Of a stretch of 64,000 bases of DNA, positions 54,941 through 64,000 are shown piece after piece; within the stretch, counting starts at the first letter, position 1, and the number at the start of each line of letters is the position of its first letter. The notes beneath the pieces were generated by a model. The model ran no database searches and was not told where the DNA came from. It saw only the letters and a list, made by a program, of their open reading frames with translations. This DNA comes from Candidatus Hermodarchaeota archaeon (GTDB lineage: Archaea; Asgardarchaeota; Lokiarchaeia; Sigyniarchaeales; SOKP01): the NCBI GenBank assembly GCA_048885925.1, contig JBHLLG010000002.1:64001-128000 (forward strand). The letters run 5' to 3'. Both the position numbers and the translations under genes were made by a program.

Positions 54941-56221
54941 ATGACGATAAGGGATAGATTGACAAAATCTGAAGAAAAAATCTATACTATTCTTAATGAT
55001 GATGATTTAGTCTTTAATAATTTGGGTCTTACAAAAGAACAGCTTCTTTTAAAAGAACTAAGAAATATCGCTAAAGAATACATGGAAGTTGAAAAATTAA
55101 AAAAATCCTTTATAAAAGTTATCTTAAATAACCTTGATAATTTAAATTTTTCAGAATTTATTGATTTTCCCAAATTTTACATTAAAGAAAAGTTTTTAAA
55201 AAAAAAAGTATCTTCCTCAAACATACAGGGATTAAATGTTGTTAGTGTTGATGGGAGTTCAGTTACTAAGAAATATATGAATATTGATTTTTCATTTTTA
55301 AAAACTATTGCTGTTAAATATTACTTTAAAAAAAACAATGCAGCCAAAATTATTTATTATCCTGATCTAAATGGTTTCAATAATTACCTTGTACAAGCAA
55401 ATTTTCTCAATCAAGATGAGAATGCTGTAGAAACTAAAATCTCAATCGATATGAATTTTATGGAAATTAATTTATTAAATAACATGATAAGGAAATCCTC
55501 TGAGATTGAAATGATAATAATTGATGGATCGATTGTTATTATGCCGATAAATTTATTATTTTCCAAAGATCCCGAAATTTCAAGAAAATACGATAAACTT
55601 TTAAAGGAATATCATGAATTATATTCAAGTTGTAGAGAAAAAGGAATATTATTAATTGGATCAATCAAAGATACGAGATCAGCTGCGTTATCACATCTAT
55701 TAAGTGATTCTATACAATTATTAAAACCTAGTCATTCAAAGTTAACTGATTTTATAAAAATGAATTATCATACAGCAATAGAATTTTTCTCAGATATTGA
55801 CTTATTTAATCGATTATTAAAAAAATATGAGAGAAGTTGTATTTTCAATTGTAAGAGAGAAATTGACAAAATTAGAGATACTGGAATCAAAAAAGAAATC
55901 CCCTACTATTTTCCTCTATCATTTTATGCATTCTATATAAAAACAGCACACTATGATACACCTTGTAGAATAGAATTCTTCATGGATGAGAGCCACTCTT
56001 TAAGAAATGCCTCAGAGAAAGCAGACTTAATTTCTTCCATATTATTGCCTATGTCAAGTTTAAATGAACATTATGGTTTACCAATTCCTCAAATTGAGGC
56101 TCATAAAAGAGCTACTTTTAAACCAAAAGAAGTGGATTTATTATTAAATAATTTAACAAGAACATTAAGCATAAATGGTATTGAATTATTAGAGAAAAGA
56201 AGAAATAGAAGACCTTTCTAA
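54941..56221 (+). CDS. nurA: NurA domain nuclease
   Basis: VSVDGS, IIIDGS, GSIKD, YGLPIPQIEAHKRA. Confidence 0.8.
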   Translation: MTIRDRLTKSEEKIYTILNDDDLVFNNLGLTKEQLLLKELRNIAKEYMEVEKLKKSFIKVILNNLDNLNFSEFIDFPKFYIKEKFLKKKVSSSNIQGLNVVSVDGSSVTKKYMNIDFSFLKTIAVKYYFKKNNAAKIIYYPDLNGFNNYLVQANFLNQDENAVETKISIDMNFMEINLLNNMIRKSSEIEMIIIDGSIVIMPINLLFSKDPEISRKYDKLLKEYHELYSSCREKGILLIGSIKDTRSAALSHLLSDSIQLLKPSHSKLTDFIKMNYHTAIEFFSDIDLFNRLLKKYERSCIFNCKREIDKIRDTGIKKEIPYYFPLSFYAFYIKTAHYDTPCRIEFFMDESHSLRNASEKADLISSILLPMSSLNEHYGLPIPQIEAHKRATFKPKEVDLLLNNLTRTLSINGIELLEKRRNRRPF

Positions 56222-56913
56222 TGAATACTATATTTAAGTCTATTTAAAATAATATCTTCAAAAAAGATATGCTTTTTTTCCACTACTTCATTTCTGTATC
56301 CAAGATTTCTAATATTTCTATAAAAATCTAATAAATTAGTTCTACTTGATGTAATAACATAGATGTAATGTTTAGCTTTCAAATCTAGATAATATTTAGC
56401 AGAATTGAGAAATTTAATTAGAATTTCATATCCTTTTATTCCTCCATTCCAACTGTAATCAATTTTCATTTTGTTATTATTTTTCTTAATAAGATCTGAT
56501 GATGGTAAATATGGAGGATTGAACACAATTATGTTAAAAGAATGTTTTAAACTTTCTGGAAATGAATTAAACAAATCTGAACACAAAAATTCTATTTGAT
56601 TATCAATATTATTTCGTTTTTCATTTAATTTCGCACATTTTATTGCATCTTCTAGTATATCAGAGGCATATATCTTTGGATTAAAATTTATATTGTCTTT
56701 TTTAATTAATTGTAAAAAGATAGCTATTATTCCTGTTCCAGTACCTAAATCTAAAATTTTCTTAATTTCAGTTAATTTGATTCCATCAAAATACATTTGA
56801 TTAATATTTTGTTTAAAATAGTCAATTAATAAATATGTGTCATCAGAAGGAGCGTAAACATTTTCAAAATCATAATCAATTACTGGATCGGGTAAAAGAG
56901 AAATTATTATCAC
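56218..56913 (-). CDS. HemK2/PrmC-like protein methyltransferase
   Basis: VYAPSDDTYLL, LDLGTGTG, FNPPYLP. Confidence 0.9.
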   Translation of the reverse strand: MIIISLLPDPVIDYDFENVYAPSDDTYLLIDYFKQNINQMYFDGIKLTEIKKILDLGTGTGIIAIFLQLIKKDNINFNPKIYASDILEDAIKCAKLNEKRNNIDNQIEFLCSDLFNSFPESLKHSFNIIVFNPPYLPSSDLIKKNNNKMKIDYSWNGGIKGYEILIKFLNSAKYYLDLKAKHYIYVITSSRTNLLDFYRNIRNLGYRNEVVEKKHIFFEDIILNRLKYSIH

Positions 56914-56918
56914 TTTTT

Positions 56919-57767
56919 CTAATTTTTATCTCTTGAATAAAAAAGCTTGCTAATTTCAATGAACTCTTCTATTTTAAACTCAAATATTTTTTTATTTTGA
57001 TAATTGTTTCCCTGTAGAATCATAAGAATTTCTTCTTTAGTATATTGATTATCTTTTAAAGTTTTGAAAAAAGTATTAATAGCATTTCCAATATTTTGAT
57101 TTTTATATGGCATTATTCCAGCAATAAATTTTAAAAAGTAGTCTTTTGAATCTTTATCTAATAGAAAGGGATCAATTGTCTCTTTCGGTTTCAATTTAAC
57201 AAGAGATAATTCGATTTTGGGAGAGGGGAAAAAGCACATTTCTGAGATATTTGATTTTGAAACGGGGTTCATAAATGCATTAACACTTAGACCAATTCTT
57301 GAAAAATTTTTATAATTTTTTGGGAGAAAGATACGATTAGCAATACTCTTTTCAATTAATAATGTTCCTTCTGGGGGTTTTTCTTTAAAGAATATTTTAT
57401 GTAATATTGGACCTGTTATTTTATATGGAATATTTGAAACTATTTTATTGTGAAATGGGATATCAATTTCAAGTACATCTCCATTTATAATCTCAAGATT
57501 ATTAAAAGTAGAGAATTTTTGACATAAGTACGAATATAAGCGATTATCAATTTCAATTGCATAGAGTTTATTAACTAATTTTATTAATTGTTCTGTTAAA
57601 GCCCCTAATCCAGGTCCAATCTCTAAAATTATATCACTTTTAGAAATTTCTGATAATAAGATAATTTTATTGACTATATTTTTATCAATTAAAAAATTCT
57701 GACCTAATTGCTTATTAGGCTTAATTTCTAATTGCTTTAAAATTAGTTGAACTTCTCTTCTATTCAT
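56919..57767 (-). CDS. rsmA: 16S rRNA adenine dimethyltransferase KsgA/RsmA
   Basis: LGQNFLID, LEIGPGLGALT, SNIPYKIT. Confidence 0.93.
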   Translation of the reverse strand: MNRREVQLILKQLEIKPNKQLGQNFLIDKNIVNKIILLSEISKSDIILEIGPGLGALTEQLIKLVNKLYAIEIDNRLYSYLCQKFSTFNNLEIINGDVLEIDIPFHNKIVSNIPYKITGPILHKIFFKEKPPEGTLLIEKSIANRIFLPKNYKNFSRIGLSVNAFMNPVSKSNISEMCFFPSPKIELSLVKLKPKETIDPFLLDKDSKDYFLKFIAGIMPYKNQNIGNAINTFFKTLKDNQYTKEEILMILQGNNYQNKKIFEFKIEEFIEISKLFYSRDKN

Positions 57768-57772
57768 TGGAT

Positions 57773-58417
57773 TTATTCATATTTTTGAGTTTTACTAAAA
57801 ATGTAATATTTTTCTTCTCTTTGAAGTTCCTTTATAATTCTTTGTGCAATCACTTTAGTAGGATGAGAGATGCTAGTTCTATCAGCAATATTTTGAAATG
57901 AATCGAATTTCTTTTTTTCCCTTTCATTAAGAATTTCCCACATATGTTTCTGTCCTATTCCAGGCAATAATTTCAAAGCATGCATTCGTGGAGTAATTGA
58001 AGTAGAATTATTAAAAAATCTTATAAACTCTTCTTCATATTTCAAGACTTCCTTTTCGAGAATTGGTTGAATAAGTGCTTTTGAGGTACTAGTTAGATCA
58101 TCATAATTAATTTTTTTGAGGACTTCTTTTAATTTATCTTCTTTTAAGAATTCTTCATATGTTTTTTGTTCTTGAACTTTTAGATTAGAATTTTTGTTTA
58201 CTTTAACTTCATAAAGAACAAAATCCGGAAAAGTAAGAACTTGTGCTATTGGAGTTTTTGCCCAACTAGGTTTATCTTCTTCTACATGTCCATGGATTAA
58301 TATATCTAATATAACGACTTCCCGAAATTTTTTTATGAATTGCTTTTTTTTCCTTGGACCATTTCGATAATTCCTTCTGCGTGGAGGACCTCTGTATCGA
58401 TCTCTTCTTTCCGTCAT
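57773..58417 (-). CDS. DUF655 family putative RNA-binding protein
   Basis: ITPRMHALKLLPGIGQKHMWEIL; conserved position after rpoF. Confidence 0.88.
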   Translation of the reverse strand: MTERRDRYRGPPRRRNYRNGPRKKKQFIKKFREVVILDILIHGHVEEDKPSWAKTPIAQVLTFPDFVLYEVKVNKNSNLKVQEQKTYEEFLKEDKLKEVLKKINYDDLTSTSKALIQPILEKEVLKYEEEFIRFFNNSTSITPRMHALKLLPGIGQKHMWEILNEREKKKFDSFQNIADRTSISHPTKVIAQRIIKELQREEKYYIFSKTQKYE

Positions 58418-58584
58418 TACTATTTAACTTATTTTTTACTTTTCCGATTACCATTTCAAATTTTTTATTATTATAAAATACTAATTTAAGGGAGATTGTT
58501 CATTAGAATTTAAAAAATATAGACTTATAAATTCTTCGCATTTTAGAAAGAACTATCAAATTTTCATAATTAAAATTGTTAAGT

Positions 58585-58950
58585 TCACGAGGTTTTAAGT
58601 TCTTCTATTTGACTTAAAATTTCTTGTAATTGATTATCTGTTAAAGTTTTACCGGTAAAACTTTTTTCTAATATCATTCGCAATTCATAAACGGTTTTTG
58701 GAAAAACATTCACAATGTTAATTGCATAGATTTCTTCAATGTTATAAGTATCCATTAAAAATTTCTTTATTTTATTCGCTACTTTTGCATCACATTTCGC
58801 GAACTTATTTACATAGTTATATGTTATTTCTTGGAAATGAGACATTCCTTCTTCGGCATCAATTTCCAACATTTGATCTTTTACATATTCCATTATTTCC
58901 TTTACTTCAGGAATAGAAACAGTTTTTTCGTCTATTTTTCTTCCAGACAT
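58585..58950 (-). CDS. rpoF: RNA polymerase subunit Rpo4 (RpoF)
   Basis: VSIPEVKEIM, YVNKFAK, AINIVNVFPKTVYELRMIL; rpl21e-rpoF-DUF655-ksgA synteny. Confidence 0.88.
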   Translation of the reverse strand: MSGRKIDEKTVSIPEVKEIMEYVKDQMLEIDAEEGMSHFQEITYNYVNKFAKCDAKVANKIKKFLMDTYNIEEIYAINIVNVFPKTVYELRMILEKSFTGKTLTDNQLQEILSQIEELKTS

Positions 58951-58974
58951 TATAAATCATACAATTAATGTTAA

Positions 58975-59280
58975 TTATTTTATAGAAACAGAATTTAATT
59001 TAAGGTGCTCCTTTCCAATTATTAAAGTTTTTTTAGAATTACCTAATTTTACTTCTACTAAATAACATCGACCTCTCTGACCTATAACTGTACCAGTTCG
59101 TCCATGATATCTTGAATGGGGCATTCCTCGACTATGTTGAGAAGAATCAGTAATGATATCGACCTTATCATTAATCTCATAATCAATTAAATATTTTTCA
59201 ACAGAACCTAAGCCTCTATCACGAATATTTTTCCTATGTTTATGTCTGGTTTTCTTGCGATATCCCTTATGTAGAGTAAT
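58975..59280 (-). CDS. rpl21e: 50S ribosomal protein L21e (absent from ORF track; ATT start)
   Basis: (M)TLHKGYRKKTRHKHRKNIRDRG...GMPHSRYHGRTGTVIGQRGRCYLVEVKLGNSKKTLIIGKEHLK; AGGTGG SD upstream of ATT. Confidence 0.93.
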   Translation of the reverse strand: MTLHKGYRKKTRHKHRKNIRDRGLGSVEKYLIDYEINDKVDIITDSSQHSRGMPHSRYHGRTGTVIGQRGRCYLVEVKLGNSKKTLIIGKEHLKLNSVSIK

Positions 59281-59372
59281 TTTAAGCCACCTTATAATTA
59301 TATTAGTAGAAATATGAATTATTGTTTATTTATTTTTTGATTTTAGGGGATTTAGATTAGGTATATTTTATT

Positions 59373-60731
59373 TTAAAGTACTATTTCAATAACGTCTAAT
59401 TCTATGCATTTTAAGGGAATTTTGAAAATTTCTGAGAAAGAAGGAGAAGTACGCCCATTATCACCATTTATAAGTTCTTTTATATAAGTACCACCTTGAG
59501 TTTCGATTTTAAATTCGAATAAATTTGATTTAATTAATTTCCCTTCGATTCTGTAAACGACCTTTTCTCTGACTTTATCAGTTCGACGATGAGACACTCT
59601 ATATGGTGTTCTTTGAAAGATTTCTTGATTTTCGAATAATTTTTTCAAATCACTTACTTTTTGTTCAAAATTTTCTTTAGAAATCTTTCTATCAGTTTTT
59701 ACGATGGCTTTATAGGTCTTTTTTGTTATTTTCGCTTCACTTTTAAGTTTGATTACTTCTTTCTTATCACTATATCTTAAATTTTGAATCTTTACTTTCT
59801 TTTTACTACTCTTGTTAACATTTTTTTCTATGGTTTTTAAATCCAAATTTCGAATTTTTGGATTTCTTAATTCCAGAATAAAAGGTCTTCCTGATCCTAA
59901 CATTCTCACATCAATGTCTTCTCTTCCTGCACCATGAAACTTTGAATCAATCGCTTTTGATTCTTTTATAAACTCTGGATTTATTAGATCTTCTACACTT
60001 TCTAAATATTGTCTTCCTGAAAAGTTACATAACTCACAACCCTTTCCCAGACAACTATTACAATACCAATGAGTTTGAGGTATTCCTCTTATGAGTTTAT
60101 TATATCTTCCATAGATAAAAAGTGATTTTAAAGTTAATTCAATCTCAAATTTATCAAAATCCAAAAAGTATAAGATTAATACATCAGGTCGGTTGAATTC
60201 GGGACTCTTATTAAGAGTTTTCATTAAATTTTTCCCTATTATACGATTAAAATGACTTTTAAAAGATTCTGCTTCCAGAAGATTGAATTCTGTTTTAAAC
60301 TTATCTTCGCGATTAATTATGTCGGAATCTGGCCTTGAACCAACCAAAAAACTAGTGAATTCGATCTCTTCGAGTAATTGCTCAGTTTTACGAATGAATT
60401 TTTCTAGATTTGAAAAAATTTCGTTGCATAAATAACAGACATCTTTTAAATCCTTGTTTATATAATTAAGTCCTTCATTACTTAAAACCCTTTGAGCTGG
60501 TGCATATTTTGCATTTTCTGCTAATAATTTCAAATTATTTAGTGCTTCTTTTTGTAGGAGTTCATTTTCATTCAAATACTTTCTATGATTCTCCATAGTT
60601 ATTGTAAGTAATAAGGAATTACCTCTTTCATAGTTGGTGGTATTTGTTCCTAGGAGAGCAAACATTCTACCTAGACAATGAAGACATATATAGTATTTTT
60701 GATAAATTTCTATAACTTTGTTAAAAATCAT
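59373..60731 (-). CDS. pus10: tRNA pseudouridine(54/55) synthase Pus10
   Basis: CLHCLGR, GRYNKLIRGIPQT, FHGAGREDIDVRMLG, QGGTYIKELING. Confidence 0.95.
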   Translation of the reverse strand: MIFNKVIEIYQKYYICLHCLGRMFALLGTNTTNYERGNSLLLTITMENHRKYLNENELLQKEALNNLKLLAENAKYAPAQRVLSNEGLNYINKDLKDVCYLCNEIFSNLEKFIRKTEQLLEEIEFTSFLVGSRPDSDIINREDKFKTEFNLLEAESFKSHFNRIIGKNLMKTLNKSPEFNRPDVLILYFLDFDKFEIELTLKSLFIYGRYNKLIRGIPQTHWYCNSCLGKGCELCNFSGRQYLESVEDLINPEFIKESKAIDSKFHGAGREDIDVRMLGSGRPFILELRNPKIRNLDLKTIEKNVNKSSKKKVKIQNLRYSDKKEVIKLKSEAKITKKTYKAIVKTDRKISKENFEQKVSDLKKLFENQEIFQRTPYRVSHRRTDKVREKVVYRIEGKLIKSNLFEFKIETQGGTYIKELINGDNGRTSPSFSEIFKIPLKCIELDVIEIVL

Positions 60732-60917
60732 TCTTATATATATTGAATAATAGATGATTTATTGAGTTTATTAAGAAAGTAAAGTGTTGTAAAAAAATTT
60801 TAAAATAAAAATTTATTTTTCTATATAATTTCAATTGATTTTACTCAAAAATAATTTCTCAGGTATTTGTACCATTTTTTATTTTGGTAGAGAAAATTAA
60901 ATAAAAGAGAGATATAC

Positions 60918-61172
60918 ATGGCAAAAAAGAAACAAAATAGTTCTAAAATAGTATCTGGACATGTTAAATGGTTTGATGCAAAAAAGGGTTATGGTTTTAT
61001 CAGTGTCGAAGATCGTAATGACATTTTTGTCCATTTTTCAAATATAGATATGCAGGGCTTCCGGAAACTAGATATGGGAGATGAAGTCGAATTTGAGATG
61101 AAAGAGTCCAAAGATAGAAAAGGTCCTGAAGCTTTAAAGGTAAAAGTTATCTCAAAAGACAGAAGATATTAG
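60918..61172 (+). CDS. Cold-shock domain protein
   Basis: GHVKWFDAKKGYGFI (RNP1), DIFVHFS (RNP2). Confidence 0.93.
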   Translation: MAKKKQNSSKIVSGHVKWFDAKKGYGFISVEDRNDIFVHFSNIDMQGFRKLDMGDEVEFEMKESKDRKGPEALKVKVISKDRRY

Positions 61173-61254
61173 ACTTATTTTCTAAAAATTGAGTTCATAT
61201 TCTTTATTTCAGTTATAATTTTCATTAAAACTCTACTTTGGCACCATAAAAATT

Positions 61255-62292
61255 TTACGAAAGAAGAATTTCAAACTGACAGACATTATCTCCCTTAATA
61301 AGAGTTTTTAATATATTGATTCTTACGGATTTTCCAAGAATTCCTTCCCAATATTGACGATACCAACCCGCACTACAATTACAAAAGGTAGGAGATATTT
61401 TTTCATTTAAAAAATTTTTTACCAAAGGACAATGACAATAATATTTTTTCTTTTCATCATCAGTAGTAGCTTTTTCATACCCTTCTTTGTTATAAGGAAC
61501 TTTTTGTACAAAAATAGTATTACCTTTTCTTTTTTGCCCTTCATACCATGCAAAATCTTTATCCATTTCTCTAATTACTTCATCTATATCTTTATTTTTT
61601 TCGTAAATTGATTTCAATTTATCAATTCTTTTTTGTGAAAATACATGAGCACAACAAGATAAAATTTCGTATTTTTGATAATCATTTGCAATCTTGTCTA
61701 ATTTATTTAAAACCTGCTTAATCCACTGAAATTTTTCATCTAATGTGGACTCTAACGTAAATAATTCATCTCTACCTTTCATAATATTCATTCTTACGTC
61801 TTCATCAAGAACCCTCTCTAAATTAGTCGCTAATTTTTCATCCCATCCATGTAAAATTGCTTGAATTTCTATTTTATTATCATTTTGATTTTTTTCTTCA
61901 AATTTATCAAATATTAATCTTATCCAGCTTGTTCCTAATACACCATAGGTATGTAAATAATTAAATAATTTTTGCGCACTTTTTCCTAATTCATTATATA
62001 GACCATAGTGATTAATAGACAAAACTTCTACTTCTTCAAGATATTTTTTATTAATTTTCAATTTCTCCGAATTTTTTGAAATTGGGAAACATATATCAAT
62101 ATCTTGACCACCTTCACTAAAAACACCATAATCTATTACAGCAATAGCGGGTTTAGAGACATAATTTTTATATTTTTGATATAAATCTTCCAATTTTGAC
62201 GGAATGTCTTTTATCTCTCCTCGGAAATTACCATATAATACAAATTTTTTTTCAATTTTTTTGGATGAAATTCCTAATGCTTGAAGATCCAT
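61255..62292 (-). CDS. GyrI-like effector-binding domain fused to a Cys-rich metal-binding domain
   Basis: DIDICFPI, HYGLYNELG (GyrI-like); CCAH...YCHCP...FCNCSAGWY...GDNVCQFEI. Confidence 0.7.
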   Translation of the reverse strand: MDLQALGISSKKIEKKFVLYGNFRGEIKDIPSKLEDLYQKYKNYVSKPAIAVIDYGVFSEGGQDIDICFPISKNSEKLKINKKYLEEVEVLSINHYGLYNELGKSAQKLFNYLHTYGVLGTSWIRLIFDKFEEKNQNDNKIEIQAILHGWDEKLATNLERVLDEDVRMNIMKGRDELFTLESTLDEKFQWIKQVLNKLDKIANDYQKYEILSCCAHVFSQKRIDKLKSIYEKNKDIDEVIREMDKDFAWYEGQKRKGNTIFVQKVPYNKEGYEKATTDDEKKKYYCHCPLVKNFLNEKISPTFCNCSAGWYRQYWEGILGKSVRINILKTLIKGDNVCQFEILLS

Positions 62293-62466
62293 TTTAAAAT
62301 AATTTTATATTTTCCATATTTATGTTCTATTATATGTTTTTGATGAATATCATTTTTTATTTTAAATTTATTCAATTATTATTAATTTTATGAGATATTT
62401 TGAATCTTTAAATCTAATCTTTAATATTTTGAAACAATAAAAAAAAAGAAAGGAAGTTTTATTATA

Positions 62467-63828
62467 TTATTTTTTCTCCCATTCAAAATCCAATCTAACA
62501 TATTTCTTAGTATAGAAGTAAGAGAGGAGTAATATAACAGAAACAACTGGACCAAAAATGATTAATCCTATTGAATAGGAAAAATCTCCTGTAGGGTTTA
62601 TATCAGGCAAAGAAAAGATAGTCCCTATAAAGAAAGCTCCAGCCGCTTGGAAAATGTTAAGTATTATTGAAGGAAATCCAGCATAGATCCCTGCTTTTAA
62701 ATCTCCTGTTGATTTCTCATCATCTTCAGCTATATCTGCATAAACTATATATGGAAATAAATACCAACCGGCTAAACTTGTTGCAACTAAAATTATAAAT
62801 ATTATTCCGATTATTAAGTAAGAATCCATTGGAATTAGGCTAAGGAATGTTATTGGAAGAGTAATTACTGCTAAAAGAAAAACATATAATAATGTCTTTT
62901 TTTTACCTAATTTCTCTATTGATCTTCGCCACATATATAAAAAGATGAATATAGTCAAAAGTAAACATGCTGCAGCAATAGCATAATCTACTAATCCTAG
63001 ATTTAAGGCATCATTAAGATATTTCAACATTCCTGTACTTAACATCGACCAACCTAAACCTGAAATCCCTATCATTAAAACTATTAACATAAAGTTCTTA
63101 TTTTTGATAATTGTCTTTAAATTTTCTCTCAAATTTGTATTAATTTTATAATGAGGCTCTGTAGGGATTTTAAATGTAATATAATAAAACAATAGGACTA
63201 TTAGAACTCCAAAGAATATTATGGGTATTAAAAAGTCAACGGGAATAGCGATATTTACATCTCCCGCTTCCTCTATATCATCTATATAACTAGTTAAAAT
63301 AAGCATTGAAAAAATAGCCATAGTAGTATTACCAATCCAGTTAAAGTAATTCTGAAATTGAGAGGCCTCTGGCCTTTCATTTACGGGAAATATTTCTGCC
63401 ATCCATGCTTGGTATGGAGTAGTTACAGAATAACTCATTCGAAACATAATTTCCCATATCAACATCCACAGAAATAATGTCTTTTTATCTGTTAGATCAA
63501 TAACTAAAGCGGGTAACAATAAAAAAATTGTGGAAATTGCTAATATAGGAGCAAAAATTATAAGATATGGTTTTCTTCTGCCCCAACGTGTATATTTCGC
63601 ATCACTTAGCCAACCAAACAGAAATTGACAGAGTGCTATAGTTAAATACCCCATCGCTATTGAAAATCCTGCTAGAAATGGCTCTAATCCATATCCGCTT
63701 GTATATAATGTGAGTAAAGCCCATCCTTCAATACCAAGTACTATTGAGGTACTTAATCTAGGAGAACCATATAAGATTTTCCGGTTTTTGTTTGTTGTTT
63801 CTCTTCTAATTTGTTCAGTTTCACTCAT
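62467..63828 (-). CDS. MFS transporter, glycoside-pentoside-hexuronide (MelB-like) family
   Basis: GWLSDAKYTRWGRRKPY, PYQAWMAE, ADIAEDDE; about 12 TM. Confidence 0.88.
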   Translation of the reverse strand: MSETEQIRRETTNKNRKILYGSPRLSTSIVLGIEGWALLTLYTSGYGLEPFLAGFSIAMGYLTIALCQFLFGWLSDAKYTRWGRRKPYLIIFAPILAISTIFLLLPALVIDLTDKKTLFLWMLIWEIMFRMSYSVTTPYQAWMAEIFPVNERPEASQFQNYFNWIGNTTMAIFSMLILTSYIDDIEEAGDVNIAIPVDFLIPIIFFGVLIVLLFYYITFKIPTEPHYKINTNLRENLKTIIKNKNFMLIVLMIGISGLGWSMLSTGMLKYLNDALNLGLVDYAIAAACLLLTIFIFLYMWRRSIEKLGKKKTLLYVFLLAVITLPITFLSLIPMDSYLIIGIIFIILVATSLAGWYLFPYIVYADIAEDDEKSTGDLKAGIYAGFPSIILNIFQAAGAFFIGTIFSLPDINPTGDFSYSIGLIIFGPVVSVILLLSYFYTKKYVRLDFEWEKK

Positions 63829-64000
63829 AATGATTCACAAATAAACTTTAATATTTTTTTATTTTTTAACAGTTAAATTTGGATAAATATAGATTAGAAA
63901 ATACACTATTTAAAGATTTATTTTAGTTAATAAGGATTAATAAGATGAGGTTAATTAAATAGCAAATATTAAAATTTAATAGTTAGGTTAATCTTCTTGA

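Overview
AT-rich archaeal chromosomal window, most consistent with an Asgard (Lokiarchaeia-like) archaeon. The evidence is three Rab/Arf-like small GTPases, a tail-less histone, a Loki-CTERM-like IPGF sorting signal and a eukaryote-type SECIS. It is mostly core information-processing genes: uvrA/uvrB, aglB, truA, rfcS, eno, csl4, rpoL, EF-1alpha, aIF2alpha-nop10, PCNA-priL-priS-GINS, TFS, rpl44e-rps27e, rpoA1-rpoA2-rpl30e-nusA-rps12-rps7 and pus10-rpl21e-rpoF-DUF655-ksgA-hemK2. The best find is hidden from the ORF track: a 175-aa thioredoxin-fold AhpC/TSA protein (52765-53292, minus strand) whose CxxC redox motif is encoded as TGA-AGT-TAT-TGA (UxxU, two selenocysteines), followed directly by a eukaryote-like SECIS hairpin. 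Other notable items: (1) a winged-helix/ATP-cone/degenerate NrdD fusion next to a three-gene cluster sharing a palindrome at constant spacing from the start codons; (2) two ATGA-coupled leader ORFs ahead of rpoA1; (3) three genes, including rpl21e, that lack an ATG/GTG/TTG start; (4) a 198-bp identical tract between acyltransferase paralogues; (5) a very long AglB with five repeated modules. I recognised no rRNA, tRNA, CRISPR array or mobile element. All calls come from reading the sequence by eye, and no searches were run.
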